Assembly (NCBI GenBank): GCA_934462705.1
Contig: CAKSIH010000001.1
Coordinates: 47,761 to 111,760, forward strand
DNA: 64,000 bases
Direction of reading: 5' to 3'
Source of the DNA: an uncultured Eubacteriales bacterium
Lineage (GTDB): Bacteria; Bacillota; Clostridia; Oscillospirales; Acutalibacteraceae
A model generated the notes under the pieces. It was not told where the DNA came from. It worked only from the letters and a program-made list of their open reading frames with translations, and ran no database searches. The translations under genes were made by a program, and so were the position numbers. Shown one piece after another: positions 20,174 to 30,311 of this stretch (its first letter is position 1; every line of letters begins with the position of its first letter).

Positions 20174-20938
20174 TTGGATACAACAGGCAATGATAAAAAT
20201 CAAATAATATGCGGAAAAAACGCAGTAAAAGAGGCAATAAAGTCAGGTAGAGATATAGAATATATAATCGTTTCAAACAGTAATCATTCAAGCGGAATGC
20301 TGCCAATAATCAAAAAGGCAAAGGAAAATAAAATATTAATAAAAGAAGCGGATGCACGCAAGTTAGACCGCTTATCTGAGGGGATTGCGCATCAAGGCAT
20401 TTTAGCTGTTGCATCTTCTGCATGCTATGTGCAGGTACAAGATATAATTAAAGCTGCAGAAGATAAGGGAGAACTTCCTTTTATAGTTATTGCAGAAAAA
20501 ATAGAGGATCCGCATAATTTGGGCGCCATAATAAGAACAGCAGAATGCGCAGGGGCACATGGTGTAATTATTCCCAAAAGAAGATCAGTAGGACTTACAG
20601 CTGCTGTTGGAAAAACTTCTGCAGGGGCACTTGAATATATGCCAGTAGCAAGAGTTACCAATATTGTATCGGTTATAGATGATTTAAAAAAGCAAGGAAT
20701 TTTTGTTTATGGTGCAGACATGGATGGTGAAAATTGGTGTGAAACAAATCTTAAGGGTGCGGTTGCGCTGGTTATAGGGAGTGAAGGCTTTGGATTAAGT
20801 AGGCTTGTTCGAGAAAAATGCGATGCGATAATATCACTGCCACTTTGTGGAAATATAAATTCACTTAATGCATCTGTAGCGGCGGGTATTTTAATGTATG
20901 AAATAACGAGACAAAGACTTGGAATAGATGCAAAATAA
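20174..20938 (+). CDS. rlmB: 23S rRNA (guanosine-2'-O)-methyltransferase, SpoU/TrmH family (RlmB-like)
   Basis: N-terminal substrate-binding domain; SPOUT motifs DPHNLGAIIRTAE, LVIGSEGFGLS and IPLCGNINSLNASVAAGI. Confidence 0.85.
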   Translation: MDTTGNDKNQIICGKNAVKEAIKSGRDIEYIIVSNSNHSSGMLPIIKKAKENKILIKEADARKLDRLSEGIAHQGILAVASSACYVQVQDIIKAAEDKGELPFIVIAEKIEDPHNLGAIIRTAECAGAHGVIIPKRRSVGLTAAVGKTSAGALEYMPVARVTNIVSVIDDLKKQGIFVYGADMDGENWCETNLKGAVALVIGSEGFGLSRLVREKCDAIISLPLCGNINSLNASVAAGILMYEITRQRLGIDAK

Positions 20939-20964
20939 ACTTAAATAAAGAGGGCAAGTTTATT

Positions 20965-22854
20965 ATGTTAAATATAAAAGATAAGATAAAAAGCATGCTA
21001 AAAAAAAGTTCGCAAATTGAGGAGATCTTTAGTACGAGCGAAAAGAAGAATAATATAGAGAATACTAATCCATTAAATTTAGGTAAAGAAGATATAGGCG
21101 TAGTGCTTAGCGGATATAAACCCATTAATTTTGAGCTGAAAAAGTGTTATGCCAAATACAGTGATTCTTCTAATTATGAATTTACCGCTAAAAAAACATA
21201 TAAAGATGTTTTTAAATCAAGGTTAATATTGTTGATTTTAATTATTTTGTTTTTGGCCTCTGCAGCAGTTGATATTGCCTATAGGTTTTATCAAAATATT
21301 TTTTACTTTAGTAGTGTAAATAAAAATTATCTCTACTTGTACTTTCAAGGGTCTATAAATATTACTTTCTTAATTTATAATATTATTTTTTTTGTTAAAA
21401 AATTGAAATGTTCCAAGTCTTTTTTAGCCATGAGTGGTATAATAGTATTGCTTAACGGTGTATTTTCATTCATTCAATGTTTGAGTATATTTATTTGTTT
21501 TAATGACTTGACATCGGTAACTATAAACGCTTATGTTTCTATTTATTGCCTATATGTTGTTATGCTGCAGTTTAATGATTATTTTATTAAGCAGAAAATA
21601 AAAAAGAATATGAAGTTCATTAATAGCAAAAAAACGAAATATGTTTCGGGAATGTATGAAAAGTGTAATATGGATAATAGTGAGGCACATAAATTTGCTT
21701 ATAGAAAAAACAAGGATTGTATAAATGATTTTTTTGATTCCTCTTTTATGGACACTAAACTTAAAAAAATTATCTTTATACTAGTTACATTCACGATATT
21801 TGTTTCAATTACTGTTTTAATATTTTGCGTTGTAGGTTCTTATAGCATGCCATATTTATTTTCAACTCTTACAATATTATCTTTTATGCTAAGTCCCATT
21901 CCTTTCTTAACAGTTATTAATTTCCATATTGTTGGGTTTTGTAAAAAAGCTTTACGGAAGGGTGCCATGATTGCTGGTTTATATGCCGCACAGTGCTTTT
22001 CCAAAACAGATGCAATTGCAGTGGATGCTTCAGACCTATACCCGGCAGATAATGTCGTTTTAAGAAGCATAAAAACGTTTAAGGGCCAGAGGATAGATGA
22101 AGCGATTTTGAAAGCGGCAGCTGTGGTTTGCTCTATAGGGGGACCTATCAGCAAAGTTTTTGATAAAATTATAATGGGGAAAAAAAGTATGCTTTCCGAG
22201 CCTACAGAGGTCAAGTATGAAGATGAAATGGGCGTGGTGGGATATATAGATTCTCAACGAGTGCTTTTGGGTAACAGAGAAATTTTAAAAAAATATAAAG
22301 TTGATCCGCCTAGCAGAGATTATGAAAGGAAATATGTCGGGCCTGGAATGGAGCATATCTACCTAGCTATGGACAGAGATCTTGTTGCTATGTTTGTTTT
22401 GGAGTATATACCCAAAAAAAGCTTAAAAAAATGCTTGAAAAACCTAGAAAAAAACGGGATTTTACTATTTGTTAAAACATCTGACTGTAATATAACAGCT
22501 GAAAAAATAAGCAAAGATTTTTATGTTTCCAGCAATGAAGTCAACATTCTTAATTTTAAAACCAGTGAGCAGATTAATAAGATTGAAAGCATAAAAAATG
22601 AAAACCCACCGGCGCTTTTATGTACTTTTGAAAGAGTTAGTTCCTTTATATGGGGGCTTTGCTTAAGCAAAAAAATGGTACGTAGAAAAAATATAATTTT
22701 TATGATAATGACTTTATTCTTAATTTTAGGATGTGTATTTTCGGTATCATTGGCATTGACAGGCGGAATTGATGTAATTAAACCAATAGAGTTGGGCGTG
22801 TACCATATTTTATGGATTTTAATATCAATATTATTACCCAAATTAAGTATGTAA
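20965..22854 (+). CDS. Polytopic membrane protein with a degenerate P1B-type ATPase P/N domain (probable pseudo-ATPase)
   Basis: Several TM helices. The cytoplasmic block aligns by eye to CopA-type ATPases (see finding), but DKTGT is DASDL, TGDN is TSDCN and GDGxND is degenerate. Confidence 0.5.
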   Translation: MLNIKDKIKSMLKKSSQIEEIFSTSEKKNNIENTNPLNLGKEDIGVVLSGYKPINFELKKCYAKYSDSSNYEFTAKKTYKDVFKSRLILLILIILFLASAAVDIAYRFYQNIFYFSSVNKNYLYLYFQGSINITFLIYNIIFFVKKLKCSKSFLAMSGIIVLLNGVFSFIQCLSIFICFNDLTSVTINAYVSIYCLYVVMLQFNDYFIKQKIKKNMKFINSKKTKYVSGMYEKCNMDNSEAHKFAYRKNKDCINDFFDSSFMDTKLKKIIFILVTFTIFVSITVLIFCVVGSYSMPYLFSTLTILSFMLSPIPFLTVINFHIVGFCKKALRKGAMIAGLYAAQCFSKTDAIAVDASDLYPADNVVLRSIKTFKGQRIDEAILKAAAVVCSIGGPISKVFDKIIMGKKSMLSEPTEVKYEDEMGVVGYIDSQRVLLGNREILKKYKVDPPSRDYERKYVGPGMEHIYLAMDRDLVAMFVLEYIPKKSLKKCLKNLEKNGILLFVKTSDCNITAEKISKDFYVSSNEVNILNFKTSEQINKIESIKNENPPALLCTFERVSSFIWGLCLSKKMVRRKNIIFMIMTLFLILGCVFSVSLALTGGIDVIKPIELGVYHILWILISILLPKLSM

Positions 22855-22882
22855 TAAAATAATTTTATAAGGTGATTTTACA

Positions 22883-23452
22883 ATGAAAATTTTAATAGAA
22901 ACTTCTGCAAGACACATACATTTGTCTGAAAAAGATTTACAATGCCTTTTTGGTGATGAATATAAGCTGACCAAAAAGAAGGAACTTTCACAACCGGGAC
23001 AATTTGTTTGTTTTGAAAAAGTCAATATTGTGGGGCCTAAAAACACAATTAATGGCGTTTCTGTGCTGGGACCAATTCGGCAAAACACTCAAGTTGAAGT
23101 CTCTTTAACTGATGCAAGAAAGTTAGGAATATCGGTACCGGTTAGGAGATCCGGAAATTTAAGTGGGACACCAGGATGTAAGTTAGTGGGACCTAAAGGC
23201 GAACTTGAAATTGAAAGTGGTGTTATAGCTGCTAAAAGACATATCCATATTAGTACAAAAACGGCAAATGAAAATGGCTTATATGAAAACCAAAACGTTA
23301 TTGTACGAGTTAAAACAGACGATCGGCCATTATTGTTTGGTGATGTGATTGTCCGCGTAAATGATAAGTTTAATGATGTTATGCATATTGACACAGATGA
23401 ATCGAATGCTGCAGGTATATTTAAACCGGAATATGGAGAAATAATTTTATAA
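22883..23452 (+). CDS. pduL: Phosphate propanoyltransferase PduL-like
   Basis: Duplicated SARHIHLS / AKRHIHIS motifs and 189-aa size typical of PduL. Confidence 0.8.
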   Translation: MKILIETSARHIHLSEKDLQCLFGDEYKLTKKKELSQPGQFVCFEKVNIVGPKNTINGVSVLGPIRQNTQVEVSLTDARKLGISVPVRRSGNLSGTPGCKLVGPKGELEIESGVIAAKRHIHISTKTANENGLYENQNVIVRVKTDDRPLLFGDVIVRVNDKFNDVMHIDTDESNAAGIFKPEYGEIIL

Positions 23453-23474
23453 ACTTTAGTTAATTGGTGCTGGT

Positions 23475-23555
23475 GCGGCCGCGAGGCCGCAAGCTTCGCT
23501 TGCAAGAATGGCAATGCCATTCTACCGCAACTTATGGTTGCGGGGCCTCGCGGCC
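23475..23555. repeat. GC-rich cloverleaf repeat, copy 4 (Ha-Hb-Hc)
   Basis: GCGGCCGCGAGGCC / GCAAGC-TTC-GCTTGC / AAGAATGGC-AAT-GCCATTCT / CCGCAAC-TTATG-GTTGCGG / GGCCTCGCGGCC. Confidence 0.9.
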
Positions 23556-23642
23556 AGTAGCTAGAGCATCCCTTAGAGCTCACTAAAGTTTGGATTAACC
23601 ATGAATCACCCCTTTACATATTGTATGTAAAGGGGTGATTCT

Positions 23643-23990
23643 ATGTTTGAAGTTATATTTAGTGTACTATTATTATTTTTAGCATTTATAGGACTAATTG
23701 AAATTTTTCACCTTGTTTCTCTTACTCTGTTTAAAACAAAGAGTAATACCGATTCCCTTGCAGTGATTCCAATGCATGGACACAACGAAGAAGCCGAATA
23801 CGTGCTTAGAAATACTATTTCAAACGTAAGTTGGGTTAAAGGCTCAGGTACAAAAAGAATCATCTGTCTGGATGTAGGCATGGACGAAGAAACCAGACAG
23901 ATTTGTGATATATTGAGTAATGAATATGATTATGTAGATGTATGTACTATTGAGGAGTTTGAAGATTATATTCTTAAAATATCTTCCTAA
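23643..23990 (+). CDS. Hypothetical protein with N-terminal TM helix (115 aa)
   Basis: ORF with a hydrophobic N-terminus. No family recognised. Confidence 0.4.
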   Translation: MFEVIFSVLLLFLAFIGLIEIFHLVSLTLFKTKSNTDSLAVIPMHGHNEEAEYVLRNTISNVSWVKGSGTKRIICLDVGMDEETRQICDILSNEYDYVDVCTIEEFEDYILKISS

Positions 23991-24026
23991 AAAATTAATC
24001 CGGTTATATAACCGGATTAATTTTTT
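23991..24026. terminator. Bidirectional terminator between convergent genes
   Basis: AAAATTAATCCGGTTATATAACCGGATTAATTTT perfect palindrome flanked by A/T runs. Confidence 0.75.
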
Positions 24027-24055
24027 ATTTTTTACTTCTGTTTTTATTTTGTTTT

Positions 24056-25855
24056 TTATTTTGTTTTGTTTTGTTTGCCTGTATTATCGTTTACATTTAT
24101 AGTAACTTGTGGTTGAGCGGGAACGCCGGATTTGGTAGGGGTTGACTTATCGTCATCTGTGGTGGAAGCGTCGGTGGAAGCGTCAGGCTTTTTAGCGTCA
24201 GAGTCAGGGGCATTTTTGTTTATGCCTGCTTTTTCAGAATCATTTTCCTCTTTATTTGGTTCAATTTCCGTAGGTTCTATTGAATTAACTTCTTTCATTA
24301 TCTTAGTAGCGTGAGGAAGCTTAGCTTCAGATGAACTTTTTAGTCTATCCGGTAAAGGCAATACATATTCGAAATCAAATAAAAGTTGAGGGTTATTACC
24401 GTCTGTTGTTATCTGCTCTTGAGATGCCTTATTAAGTAAGGCTGAAAGTTGATCTGCATCATGGGCTCCGTTAAAATTGTTTATGACTAATCTAAAAGTT
24501 TTCTCAGGATTTTGCAGAGATAATCTAGCAATTTCTCCTTTAGTAATGTAATTATCTTGGCAAGCATTAGCTAATTTTGCAAGGACAACAGCTTTCTTTT
24601 TATCATTTTCATCTTTTAATTTTTTAATATCTTGGGCTGTATAATATTTTTGAATTGTACTTAAAGGGGAGTTTACTTTCTTTTTAGTCAAAGTTCTTGA
24701 TTGTCCATTTTTATCATATGTTGTTACTTCTTCAATACAATCATACTCATATGGTTCAAGTTTCTCATTTTTGTGTGCGTCATTTATTCTTTTCTGTTCT
24801 GAATATTCTTTAGTGTAATTAGCTGTAGTAGGAACTGTAAAATTTAAAACAGCTTCTTCATCTTTGTTAGTTAAGACTATACCGTAGTTTATTTTTATAA
24901 AATCTTTTTCGTTCCAAGGAAGAGCATTTTTTAAGCATGATAAAAATGATACTTTAGGCGAATGAACGAATGGAAGGAATTGTTTTAAATAGTCAACAAA
25001 AGTTGGCGTAGGCAAATTAGGACCATGAATATAGAATTTATTAAATTCTTGTGGGTCTTCATTTTTTAATTTTTTATATAGCCATATAAGAGGTTTTTTA
25101 AATTTACCAACCTTTTTTTGAGGAATATCGCGTAATTTTACAGAAACATAACCCCTATCAGAAAAATGTTCTTTTTGTTTTTCATCAAGTTTTAATTGAA
25201 TTTTACCGGTAGTTGAGTAGTAAACGTTACAGTCATTATCAGAAGCGGGGCTGCTTGTAAATTTCGGAGATGTATAATCTTTTTCATAGGTTATAATTGG
25301 AAGAGAATAGCCGACTGCCCCTTTTTCTTCTCTATGTGTATAACCGCCTTTATATTTAGGAATACGGGAACTTAAGTTTGTATCAATTTTTTCTTTTACA
25401 GCAGAAAAAGCTTTATCTGCTACATGAAGTGCAGCGAAGATTCCCACAGCAGAAAAGATAGGGTGATCCCACACTTTTTTACATAAATAAACGTCAGCAC
25501 ATTCTTTTTTTAACTCTTTAAAGAAAAAATTAAATGGAGATGCGGCCGAAGACTTGGTTGAAGACTCGACAAAAGGCGTGGCCGGAGACTCAGTTGAAGA
25601 CTTAACAAAAGACTCTACGAAAGACTCGGCCGGAGACTCAGTTGAAGGCTTAACAAAAGACTCTACGAAAGACTCGGCCGGAGACTCAGTTGAAGACTTA
25701 ACAAAAGACTCTGCCGGCGACTCAGTTGAAGGCTCAACAAAAAACTCGGCAAAAGGCGTGGCCGGAGACTCAATTGAGGAGTTGGCAGAAGCGTAGCTTG
25801 CACAAGGTACAATAAGCATAGTTGATATTAAACCAGCCGAAATAAGTTTTTTCAT
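24056..25855 (-). CDS. Secreted protein with N-terminal tandem repeats and Lys/Asp/Thr-rich C-terminal tail, unknown function
   Basis: Signal peptide MKKLISAGLISTMLIVPCASYASA. Repeats of the SPAESFVESFVK(S/P)STE type. 599 aa, no catalytic motif recognised. Confidence 0.6.
   Translation of the reverse strand: MKKLISAGLISTMLIVPCASYASANSSIESPATPFAEFFVEPSTESPAESFVKSSTESPAESFVESFVKPSTESPAESFVESFVKSSTESPATPFVESSTKSSAASPFNFFFKELKKECADVYLCKKVWDHPIFSAVGIFAALHVADKAFSAVKEKIDTNLSSRIPKYKGGYTHREEKGAVGYSLPIITYEKDYTSPKFTSSPASDNDCNVYYSTTGKIQLKLDEKQKEHFSDRGYVSVKLRDIPQKKVGKFKKPLIWLYKKLKNEDPQEFNKFYIHGPNLPTPTFVDYLKQFLPFVHSPKVSFLSCLKNALPWNEKDFIKINYGIVLTNKDEEAVLNFTVPTTANYTKEYSEQKRINDAHKNEKLEPYEYDCIEEVTTYDKNGQSRTLTKKKVNSPLSTIQKYYTAQDIKKLKDENDKKKAVVLAKLANACQDNYITKGEIARLSLQNPEKTFRLVINNFNGAHDADQLSALLNKASQEQITTDGNNPQLLFDFEYVLPLPDRLKSSSEAKLPHATKIMKEVNSIEPTEIEPNKEENDSEKAGINKNAPDSDAKKPDASTDASTTDDDKSTPTKSGVPAQPQVTINVNDNTGKQNKTK
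25553..25795. repeat. Imperfect 48-nt tandem repeat inside the CDS 24056..25855
   Basis: Unit GGCCGGAGACTCAGTTGAAG(A/G)CTTAACAAAAGACTCTACGAAAGACTC recurs back-to-back with shortened and variant copies at the flanks. Confidence 0.8.
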
Positions 25856-26042
25856 ATATCACCATTCCTTAAAAAGTATTTAAACTATATTAATTATAGC
25901 ATTTATCACGATTAAGTTCAATGGATTTAAGGCGAATTTTACACTTTATATGCTAATTGTGATAAATATAAAAATTTTATATGCAAAGTAAATATATAAA
26001 AAGCTAGGCTAAACAGCCCAGCTTTAAAATTTAAATATTATA

Positions 26043-26807
26043 TTAATTTATATCTCTTTTCTTAAACGCAAATACACCAATTGCGAGAGTAACAACCAAA
26101 TAAACGGATAAAACTATAAAGGCTTTTAAAAAGTCACTAGATGCGGCCATTGCTCCAGGAATTGTATAAGGATTTATTTTAAAATCTGATTTTAAAACTT
26201 TTCCTATTATAAATATGTTTATTACAGAATATAACATAGTTTCAAAACCTACCCACAAAACAGTTATTGTAATTGCAAGCCCGGTAGACCTGATTAAGGT
26301 TGAAATAAGTAAAATCAAGGCTACATATGTTATTACACCAAATAGAGTTAAGAAAAGTTTCGTTAATTGATTTTCCTGCAGTGTATAGAAATTAGAGATA
26401 TTTATTCCATTTAGTATTATCTTAGAAGTTATAAATGAGACTATTGTTGATATTATTGAAAAAAATATTGTAGCCCCTATTAGAGCAATAAATTTTGAAA
26501 AATACATTGAAACACGTGAAAACCCTTTAGGGATAACATTTTTTATAACGCCCGTGGAAAAATCAAAAGTAGCAAACATTGCAACAAATATTAATGGAAG
26601 TGTTACAGAATTCAACATTTGATTTAAAATAACAAAATAATTAAAGGGGGCGGCCCCAAAAAGCTCGCCAATCGCGCCGGATTGCTTATATGTGAAACAA
26701 GGTAGAAATGTGTTTAAGATTGCTAAAACTGCCATTATAGCGGATATCACCCAGAAGGATGTCATTTTAATCATTTTGTAAAAATCTGTTTTTAATAATC
26801 TAGTCAT
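26043..26807 (-). CDS. ABC-2-type transporter permease
   Basis: Six predicted TM helices. 8-nt overlap with the upstream ATPase gene. Confidence 0.7.
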   Translation of the reverse strand: MTRLLKTDFYKMIKMTSFWVISAIMAVLAILNTFLPCFTYKQSGAIGELFGAAPFNYFVILNQMLNSVTLPLIFVAMFATFDFSTGVIKNVIPKGFSRVSMYFSKFIALIGATIFFSIISTIVSFITSKIILNGINISNFYTLQENQLTKLFLTLFGVITYVALILLISTLIRSTGLAITITVLWVGFETMLYSVINIFIIGKVLKSDFKINPYTIPGAMAASSDFLKAFIVLSVYLVVTLAIGVFAFKKRDIN

Positions 26808-27711
26808 TTTTCTTACCTCCTATAACTTTCATAAAATACTCTTCCAAATCGGCTTCTTTATAGGAAATAGAATTAACTACAATATCATTTTGGGTAAGTG
26901 CTGAATTTATAACACCAGGATTAATATTAACATCATAAAGTTCAATTGAATTTTCATTTAAAATTTTATAGTTTTTAGTTCCAATAGCATTTTCAATTAT
27001 AGAAGAAGCCTTTTGAACATCATCTACTTTTATTGTTAAATTCGCACGGCAACGCTCTCTCAATTCTTGTTCAGTAAATTCTTCAATTAATTTTCCATCA
27101 TTTATTATTCCATAGCGCGTTGCAAGTTTTGAAAGTTCACCAAGAATATGGCTGGAAATAAGAACGGTAATTCCTCTTTCTTTGTTTAGCTTTTTTATCA
27201 AAGTTCTTATTTCAATTATTCCCTCAGGATCCAGGCCATTTGTAGGTTCATCTAAAACCAAAAATTCAGGGTCACCAATTAAAGCCATGGCTATTCCAAG
27301 TCGTTGTTTCATTCCAAGAGAGAATTTTTTTGCTTTTTTCTTTCCAACATCGTAAAGACCAACCAACTTTAAGGTTTCATCAATTATGGATTTATCCTTG
27401 TTACCAACGAGCATCCACTGTACTTTTAAATTTTCCTTGGCTGAAAGGTTAGGCATAAAACTAGGTGTTTCTATTACAGAGCCAATTTTTTCCCTTTCAA
27501 CATTTAAATCTGTACTGTTAAAAAGTTTTATAGATCCGGAAGTTGGGGAAATAAGGCCCACCAACATTTTCATAAGTGTGGTTTTACCAGCTCCGTTTTT
27601 TCCAATAAAACCATAAATATCTCCTTTGCTTATGCTCATATTAATATTTGAGACAGCAGTTTTTTTAGAAAACACTTTAGTAAGATTTTCAGATGTAAAG
27701 ACGTTTTCCAC
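26800..27711 (-). CDS. ABC transporter ATP-binding protein (ABC-2/DrrA-like)
   Basis: Walker A GKNGAGKTT, signature FSLGMKQR, Walker B FLVLDEP, H-loop SSHIL. Confidence 0.9.
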   Translation of the reverse strand: MENVFTSENLTKVFSKKTAVSNINMSISKGDIYGFIGKNGAGKTTLMKMLVGLISPTSGSIKLFNSTDLNVEREKIGSVIETPSFMPNLSAKENLKVQWMLVGNKDKSIIDETLKLVGLYDVGKKKAKKFSLGMKQRLGIAMALIGDPEFLVLDEPTNGLDPEGIIEIRTLIKKLNKERGITVLISSHILGELSKLATRYGIINDGKLIEEFTEQELRERCRANLTIKVDDVQKASSIIENAIGTKNYKILNENSIELYDVNINPGVINSALTQNDIVVNSISYKEADLEEYFMKVIGGKKND

Positions 27712-28131
27712 AAAAATACCTCCTTATTGTACAAACTTAAGCCAAATTATAACATGAGCCAATTATAATGTCAAGTGATATAAAACCTCAAAAGGGTATA
27801 CAAAAAGTTTCCCGACGTTGTCAGGAAACTTTTTCAAGCGAGTCGGCACTGAGTGCCGGAGCGGAAGGTTGTTTTTTTATGTTTTTATGGCACAATTATA
27901 CTATAGAAAGGTGTATATTTTAATAAATTTTATAAAGATTTCGTTATTGGTTTGAAAATTTGTCTGAATTTATATACGAAATGCATTAATGCGCATAGCT
28001 TTATTGATTTCCAAAATGCTAGTTGCCAAGAACCAAACAGGACAGGATGACTGAAGGGAAAAATTATATATGAAACAGAAAATAAGCCGGGTGGCGCACT
28101 ACATTGCGCACTGCCCGACTGCAGAAATGTT

Positions 28132-29487
28132 TTATTGTTTGTTATGTTGCATCTCTAGTCGGTATTGGAGCTGTTTTTTTCTGTTTTCGAAACCGGGCTT
28201 ATCTAAAAGAGCAAACATATTTTTTTTGTAATCTTCCACACCTGGCTGATCAAAAGGATTTACTCCCATTATATATCCAGATATTGCGCAAGCTTTCTCA
28301 AAAAAGTATATGAGGTAGCCAAGTTCTTTTTCGCTTATCTCTGGAACCGTCAAAACAATGTTAGGGGTATTTCCGTCAGTGTGAGCCAAAACGGTACCCT
28401 CAAAGGCTTTTTGATTAACATAAGATACAGTTTTACCTGCAAGAAAATTTAACCCATCAATATTTTCACTGTCTATTTCAATTTTTAAATCTTTTGCAGG
28501 CTTTTTAATAAACACAACAGTTTCAAATAAATTTCTACTCCCATCTTGAATAAATTGCCCCATAGAGTGCAAATCTGTTGAGAATGTTGCAGATGCAGGA
28601 AAAATTCCTTTTTGATCCTTACCTTCACTTTCTCCGAAAAGCTGTTTAAACCATTCACTCATCATAGAAAACCTAGGCTCATAACTTACAAGAATTTCTG
28701 TGCTTTTTCCTTTTCTGTAAAGAATATTTCTAATAGCAGCATATTTGTAGCAGTCATTTTCATCAATGTTAGGATTTGCAAGCTCATTTTGTGCAAGCCT
28801 GGCACCGCTCATTAATTCGTCTATATTAATTCCTGCAACCGCAATTGGAAGGAGTCCTACCGCGGTAAGAACAGAGTATCTTCCGCCAATATCATCTGGG
28901 ACAACAAATGTTTCAAAGCCTTCGTTATCAGCGAGTTGCTTAAGTGTTCCTTTTTCTCTATCTGTAGTGCAAAATATTCTTTCACGGGCTTTCTCTTTAC
29001 CATACTTTTGTTCAAGTAATTTTCTAAAAATCCTAAAAGCAATGGCAGGCTCAGTTGTTGTTCCAGACTTTGAAATCATATTAATTGAAATATCTTTATT
29101 TTCACAAATTTCTAAAATTTGGCAAATTTCACTTGAGCTAATACTGTTTCCTATAAAGTAAATATCAGGAGTGTCTTTTTTTAAGGAATTATAATGTTGA
29201 GATTTCATAAATTCAATAGCAGCTCTGGCACCGAGGTATGAGCCACCAATTCCAATAACAATAAATACATCTGTGTTTGCTTGTATTTTTTTTGCGGCTT
29301 TTTTTATTCTTTCAAACTCAATTTTATCATAATCTGTTGGTAAGGTAAGCCACCCGGTAAATTCATTGCCGGGACCAGTTTTTGAGTGCAGCATTTCATG
29401 AGCGGTTTTAATTTGATGACTCATAAACTGATATTCATGTGGATTTATAAAGCTTTTGATATATGATATATTTAATTTTGTAGACAT
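28132..29487 (-). CDS. pgi: Glucose-6-phosphate isomerase
   Basis: Firmicute-type 451-aa PGI: [32 protein letters not shown]. Confidence 0.95.
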   Translation of the reverse strand: MSTKLNISYIKSFINPHEYQFMSHQIKTAHEMLHSKTGPGNEFTGWLTLPTDYDKIEFERIKKAAKKIQANTDVFIVIGIGGSYLGARAAIEFMKSQHYNSLKKDTPDIYFIGNSISSSEICQILEICENKDISINMISKSGTTTEPAIAFRIFRKLLEQKYGKEKARERIFCTTDREKGTLKQLADNEGFETFVVPDDIGGRYSVLTAVGLLPIAVAGINIDELMSGARLAQNELANPNIDENDCYKYAAIRNILYRKGKSTEILVSYEPRFSMMSEWFKQLFGESEGKDQKGIFPASATFSTDLHSMGQFIQDGSRNLFETVVFIKKPAKDLKIEIDSENIDGLNFLAGKTVSYVNQKAFEGTVLAHTDGNTPNIVLTVPEISEKELGYLIYFFEKACAISGYIMGVNPFDQPGVEDYKKNMFALLDKPGFENRKKQLQYRLEMQHNKQ

Positions 29488-29614
29488 AAAATTTAGATCC
29501 TTTCTTGTGTTTAATCACATAATTGATAATGTTATATTATAAAATTTTATATTGACATAGGTTGTAAATTATGTTATTTTAAAATGAAATATTATCAGTG
29601 AGGAATGACTTTTA

Positions 29615-29872
29615 ATGAAGGAGTTGCTTTTAAGGGATTTAAAAGATATAGCCGGGGGAAAGAAATTTATTTTTGATATTACTGAGGATGTTTTAGGAAG
29701 TTGTACCATATTAAGAAGAGTTTATGAAGATAATAATATTTCGTGGTTTTTTGTAAAGGGGAATTTTGCAAGTATTGCGGACGCTCAAAGTGCTATTAAG
29801 GCAATGGTAAATAACAGAAATCAGGAATACGAAGGTGCAGATGTAATTGTAAATATTAGCCACAAATTTTAA
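29615..29872 (+). CDS. Small protein with an N-terminal double-glycine-type leader (candidate exported peptide)
   Basis: MKELLLRDLKDIAGG|KK...: hydrophobic residues at -4, -7 and -12 and acidic at -8 relative to GG, as in class II bacteriocin leaders. RBS GAGGAA upstream. Confidence 0.45.
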   Translation: MKELLLRDLKDIAGGKKFIFDITEDVLGSCTILRRVYEDNNISWFFVKGNFASIADAQSAIKAMVNNRNQEYEGADVIVNISHKF

Positions 29873-29909
29873 ATTAAAAATTATAAAAATAAAGCTCATT
29901 TTTTGAGCT

Positions 29910-30311
29910 TTATTTTATTATATTAAACAAATTTCCAATAAACGGCAAAGGCTCACATTTACCCTTAATAGCATTTTTTATACCGACTATTATAAAAAAA
30001 AGTGAAAAAATTATCCACAAAAGCTGCAATAACGCAGTTACACAAGCTAAAATAGGGGCTATGTAGTACAAAACATTTGAAAGTAAGCTTATTGCAATAA
30101 GTGACGAAAATGATAAGACAGAAAGAATTATTCCCTGATTTACGTGAAATTTAACTTTAGGGTTTTGAATATCAGATAAAAGACCGACCATCCACAATAT
30201 ATATATGTATGAAAGTGCGCAGTGAAGTATTTCTTTCTGGCTTTTTGAAATTTTAAATTCTTGTATTTTGTAAGTTTTGGGTTGCTTATTTAAGTCAGGC
30301 AATGATAACAC
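29910..30311 (-). CDS. DUF4870-like small membrane protein
   Basis: LSYIYILWMVGLL...KFHVNQGIIL pattern and 3-4 TM helices. Tandem paralogue upstream. Confidence 0.55.
   Translation of the reverse strand: MLSLPDLNKQPKTYKIQEFKISKSQKEILHCALSYIYILWMVGLLSDIQNPKVKFHVNQGIILSVLSFSSLIAISLLSNVLYYIAPILACVTALLQLLWIIFSLFFIIVGIKNAIKGKCEPLPFIGNLFNIIK

Noticed and set aside
27712-28131. Possible small RNA or riboswitch in the 420-nt gap between the ABC ATPase start and the pgi end (hairpins at about 27805-27835, 27846-27860 and 28086-28125)
   Set aside because: The hairpins are adequately explained as promoter-proximal structures and the pgi terminator. I found no conserved riboswitch core by eye.
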